Sequence record: NC_041975.1 | Direction: 5' to 3' (one strand) | DNA length: 64,000 nucleotides | In this document: piece by piece, positions 60,784 to 64,000 of the stretch | Layout: every line of letters begins with the position of its first letter | How positions within the stretch are numbered: position 1 is the first letter of the stretch | Notes under the pieces: generated by a model | Told to the model about the DNA's origin: nothing | Database searches by the model: none | Seen by the model: only the letters and a program-made list of their open reading frames with translations | Program-made: the position numbers and the translations under genes

Positions 60784-63051
60784 ATGGCATTGAAACTTCT
60801 GCATGTAGCTAAAACCGCCGACATGCTGTCACGCATCCAATCTCAGATCAATGGCGGCCATGCATCAGGCGACGCTACCGCGGTTAAAAGCTACGGTATG
60901 GAGTCGCTTGACGGCAGCAGTCTGGGCGCGCAGGAAACCGCCATCAAAAATGGTATCTCTGTCATTACCGACGTGATCGCTCAGGGCACTGCATCTCAGG
61001 GCCAGAGCTACGCCGGTAACGGTCTGGAAGGTTTCTCTGATGCACAGATCCAAGCGGCATCAATCGCACTGACCATCGGTGGTGACTTCCAGGGTTACAT
61101 CGGTGCACTGAAAAACAACGCTAACCGTGCCATGTCTGCATCTGACCTGAGCCTGGTTTCCGGTAGCCGTTACGGCTCTGCTAACATGAAGCAGGGTTAC
61201 GGTACCGAAGCTTTCGAACAGGCGCAGAGCTTTGTTCCTCAGCAGAACGCAACGGTTGAATACAACCTGAAAGCGGCTAAGCAGGATGCCGTTGGTGAAG
61301 CCTTCTTCCCAACTACTACCCTGACGCCAAACGACATCGGCCTGAGCGTAACTGTGCCGGTTGACATCGTTGAACCTTTCATCAAGCACAAAGCAAATGG
61401 CGAAGTGACGGATTGGCAGCGTAAGAAGCTCATCAACGCAATGCGTGACCCGACCATTCTGCGTAACGACGCGATCAAGCTGATTCCTTATCGTCCACTG
61501 GACGGCAGCAACGACGCACAGTTCGCAGTAGGCGTGCCGAAGTTCAACGAAATTCAGGGCGGCGAAGAAGTACCAACTGGTGCGCTGAAGCCTGGTATCA
61601 AAATCGGTTTCATGGGTCTGTGCTCTACTCCGTCTCTGGTTCAGGCCGGCGCGCTGGAAGCATCTGATCAGATCGACACCGGTGCTCGTCTGCAGTACAT
61701 CTGGATCGAAGTAGCTAACGCCTCTGGCACCAAAGAGCTGTTCAAGCTGCGTACTGATCACCTGGATCGTTCTACTTTCCAGAAATCTCAGGAAGGCGAT
61801 AAGTTCGAGACGTCTCTGGACTTCTCTAATATCACCATCGCGCTGAACGACCTGAACAAAACCACCGACAACACCGATTCAGCTCTGCTGGCTCCGTTGG
61901 TGACTTCTGGTCAGCAAGCGATCCTGGCGCTGGATATCAAAGGCACCATGAACCACGAGAAAGGCAGCCTGGTAGTTAACTCGCTGACTAACCCGTCTAT
62001 CATCCGTGTTTACGATACCGTGGCTAAAGAAGATGCGAACACCAAGTCTGGTGCTCTGCGTGACGCAATCGACGCTCTGACGATCACCTTCAAAGGTTAC
62101 TTCGTCCGCGCTAACCTGCGTAACAGCAACTTCCGTACCCGCGAGCAGCGTGTTGACCGCCAGACTTCCGTGTACAAGTACATGGTACAGCTGGGCGCAC
62201 CAATCACTGCTATCGCTCCAGTAACTGACGCATGGGGCCCGAAAGAGTCTATCGCAGTTGAAACCCTGAGCAACGCAACGTATGCACGTAACTCCGCAAT
62301 GGCTATCAGCCGTCTGCTGGACTACGTTGAAACCATCCGTGATGCAGGCGTGACCAACAACGGTCTGTGGCAGCGTTACGATGAGAACAGCATCGAAGGC
62401 GTTGGTAAAGCTGTAGTTGATCCATGGTACGGCGAAGGTAGCTTTGACATCTCTAAAGTTGTCAACGGTGTTAAATCTTCTCAGACCCGCGATGACGTTT
62501 CTGAAAAGATCCTGAACATCCTGCGTACCTACGCATACCGCATGAACGCCGAGTCTGGCTACAACGTTGCACTGCAGATGCTGTACAACGAAGTTCAGCC
62601 AACGCTGGTTATCGCAACCGACAACATCATCGCGCAGTACCTGATGGAAGTTGGTGACCTCCGCACAGCTGGTATCAGCTTCAAAGTGCACGTGGCCACC
62701 ACCAACAACATCGAGATGCGCGGCAAGATCATCATGACCCTGTCTCGTATGAAGTCAGGCGGTCTGGATCTGCTGACGTTCGGTATGCACCTGTGGGTGC
62801 CTGAGATCGTAGCAACTGTTAACGTAATGCGTAACGGTACCTACATCGAAGAAACCATGGTGCAGCCGCGTAACCTGCACGTAGTGGTTTGCCCAATCGT
62901 GGCGAACATCACCATCACCGGTCTGGAAGATGCGTACACTGGCAAGATCACCGTCCCAGTTGACGTTGTGAGCATGCCTGAGTCTGCTGGCGCCCAAGAC
63001 CTGGGTGGTCTGAACACTACTCCGGCAACTACTACCAACCCTGCTGCGTAA
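60784..63051 (+). CDS. major capsid protein (phiKZ gp120-like)
   Basis: 755 aa with strongly biased codon usage and an AAGGA RBS. Propeptide sites GME40, GLE82 and GTE142. Follows DnaB and the gp119-like gene. Confidence 0.9.
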   Translation: MALKLLHVAKTADMLSRIQSQINGGHASGDATAVKSYGMESLDGSSLGAQETAIKNGISVITDVIAQGTASQGQSYAGNGLEGFSDAQIQAASIALTIGGDFQGYIGALKNNANRAMSASDLSLVSGSRYGSANMKQGYGTEAFEQAQSFVPQQNATVEYNLKAAKQDAVGEAFFPTTTLTPNDIGLSVTVPVDIVEPFIKHKANGEVTDWQRKKLINAMRDPTILRNDAIKLIPYRPLDGSNDAQFAVGVPKFNEIQGGEEVPTGALKPGIKIGFMGLCSTPSLVQAGALEASDQIDTGARLQYIWIEVANASGTKELFKLRTDHLDRSTFQKSQEGDKFETSLDFSNITIALNDLNKTTDNTDSALLAPLVTSGQQAILALDIKGTMNHEKGSLVVNSLTNPSIIRVYDTVAKEDANTKSGALRDAIDALTITFKGYFVRANLRNSNFRTREQRVDRQTSVYKYMVQLGAPITAIAPVTDAWGPKESIAVETLSNATYARNSAMAISRLLDYVETIRDAGVTNNGLWQRYDENSIEGVGKAVVDPWYGEGSFDISKVVNGVKSSQTRDDVSEKILNILRTYAYRMNAESGYNVALQMLYNEVQPTLVIATDNIIAQYLMEVGDLRTAGISFKVHVATTNNIEMRGKIIMTLSRMKSGGLDLLTFGMHLWVPEIVATVNVMRNGTYIEETMVQPRNLHVVVCPIVANITITGLEDAYTGKITVPVDVVSMPESAGAQDLGGLNTTPATTTNPAA

Positions 63052-63078
63052 GCACCAGGCGCGAGAGTAATCCGTAGC

Positions 63079-63118
63079 GCATAAACAGAGGAGGAGCAAT
63101 GCTCCTCCTCTTATGCCG
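63079..63118 (+). terminator. hairpin-TTATGCCG element after the major capsid gene
   Basis: GCATAA-AC-AGAGGAGGAGC-AAT-GCTCCTCCTCT-TATGCCG. Confidence 0.85.
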
Positions 63119-63156
63119 TGTGATTTTATAGAGGCACACACCAGGGGCGGATAGTA

Positions 63157-63870
63157 ATGCTTGAATTACTAATGATAGGAAGGAAGAAAGCAACAGGGGG
63201 TGGGATACCTGCGGATCTTGGACCAGGACCTGCCTCCATGCTTGGGTATTACGAGCGACCGGATGGCGGTAACTCAGGGTACTTCGGTACCTTTACTAAT
63301 TTTGTTTCAACAGCTGGGTTATGTCAATCTATCGGGTTAACTGCAGGTTACCAGCAAGTTGAGAATGCCACTTGGCATAAGTTTCTGTTAGATGGTAAGA
63401 TCCTCTTTATACCAACCAACTATATTGTGCGTAACCTCCATTGGAACTACATTTATAATGCCGGTGCGGTGTATGGCGATGACAGTTTTGGTGTTTATCA
63501 AAGCCCAACGCCAACAGCACAGAGTGCCAAGCATGTTACCGTGGATGGTCGGGTTTATCGTGTGCGGTTAGTATCTATCTCAAATGGTGATCCGGCTCTG
63601 ACAGGCCAAATCGATAAAACCACCGAATGGGGTCGGTTGATGTATCCGATTGATCCAACAGTCGATGCTAGTAATACTGAAGCGGGTAAGAAATGGGGTA
63701 ACGTGGGACTGCTTTTGAGTTCAACGCAGATTCTGGCAAAGGAGACCTACGCCAGCACACCTGCTAGTAGCCTGGTTGTGGTTACGAATTCTACGACACG
63801 CTCCGCTCAATCTAAATCATCCGCACCCAGTAACTGTACCTGGCGTCCGATTCTTGAACTTGTGCAGTAA
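63157..63870 (+). CDS. putative virion structural protein
   Basis: Starts MLELLMIG. Contains GYFG...GLC..IGLTAG...WHKFLLDGKILFIP...RPILELV. Confidence 0.75.
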   Translation: MLELLMIGRKKATGGGIPADLGPGPASMLGYYERPDGGNSGYFGTFTNFVSTAGLCQSIGLTAGYQQVENATWHKFLLDGKILFIPTNYIVRNLHWNYIYNAGAVYGDDSFGVYQSPTPTAQSAKHVTVDGRVYRVRLVSISNGDPALTGQIDKTTEWGRLMYPIDPTVDASNTEAGKKWGNVGLLLSSTQILAKETYASTPASSLVVVTNSTTRSAQSKSSAPSNCTWRPILELVQ

Positions 63871-63875
63871 GCTCT

Positions 63876-63906
63876 GAGAGGAAGGCTCCGGCCTCCTCTT
63901 ATGCCG
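63876..63906 (+). terminator. hairpin-TTATGCCG element
   Basis: GAGAGGAAGGC-TCCG-GCCTCCTCTT followed by ATGCCG. Confidence 0.75.
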
Positions 63907-63921
63907 ATCTGAAAGAATTAC

Positions 63922-63934
63922 AGACCTACATTAC
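63922..63934 (+). promoter_or_regulatory. candidate early phage promoter
   Basis: AGACCTACATTAC; the downstream gene is outside the window. Confidence 0.55.
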
Positions 63935-64000
63935 TAACTAGATGTAACAGCGACGCTAGTGTTTAGTTGAAGCCTTACATCTATGTGGAGTTAGGCGCGT

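Noticed and set aside
60865-63141. Long minus-strand ORFs (233, 270 and 128 aa) opposite the major capsid gene
   Set aside because: These are antisense shadows caused by strong codon bias. They have no RBS or motifs.

Overview
This window is from a phiKZ-like, nucleus-forming-type jumbo myophage (Chimalliviridae-like). Host and genus cannot be fixed from the sequence alone. Recognisable core genes, in phiKZ-like order: the C-terminal part of an SF2 helicase, a putative tail/baseplate assembly chaperone, the C-terminal piece of a split RNAP beta' subunit, the exonuclease half of a split family-B DNA polymerase, a block of head and internal proteins with (G/S/A)-x-E maturation sites, a baseplate wedge, a collagen-like fibre with its chaperone, neck/hub candidates, dTMP kinase, a DnaB-like helicase and the major capsid protein. 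Two accessory islands (about 0.7-8.5 kb and 13.9-18.9 kb) interrupt the core. Main observations: (1) a likely programmed -1 frameshift at GGGUUUUUUUU that joins the 539-aa chaperone to an ATG-less 154-codon frame (lambda G/GT, P2 E/E' logic); (2) about 14 copies of a hairpin followed by TTATGCCG, mirrored at convergent gene junctions; (3) a Tad2/DUF2829 anti-defence sponge followed by four cryptic tandem paralogs; (4) an exact 28-bp repeat inside two unrelated genes; (5) a candidate early promoter, ARACCTACATTAY. No tRNA, rRNA, CRISPR array or IS element was seen. phiKZ gp numbers are inferred from gene order and recalled motifs, not from a database search.
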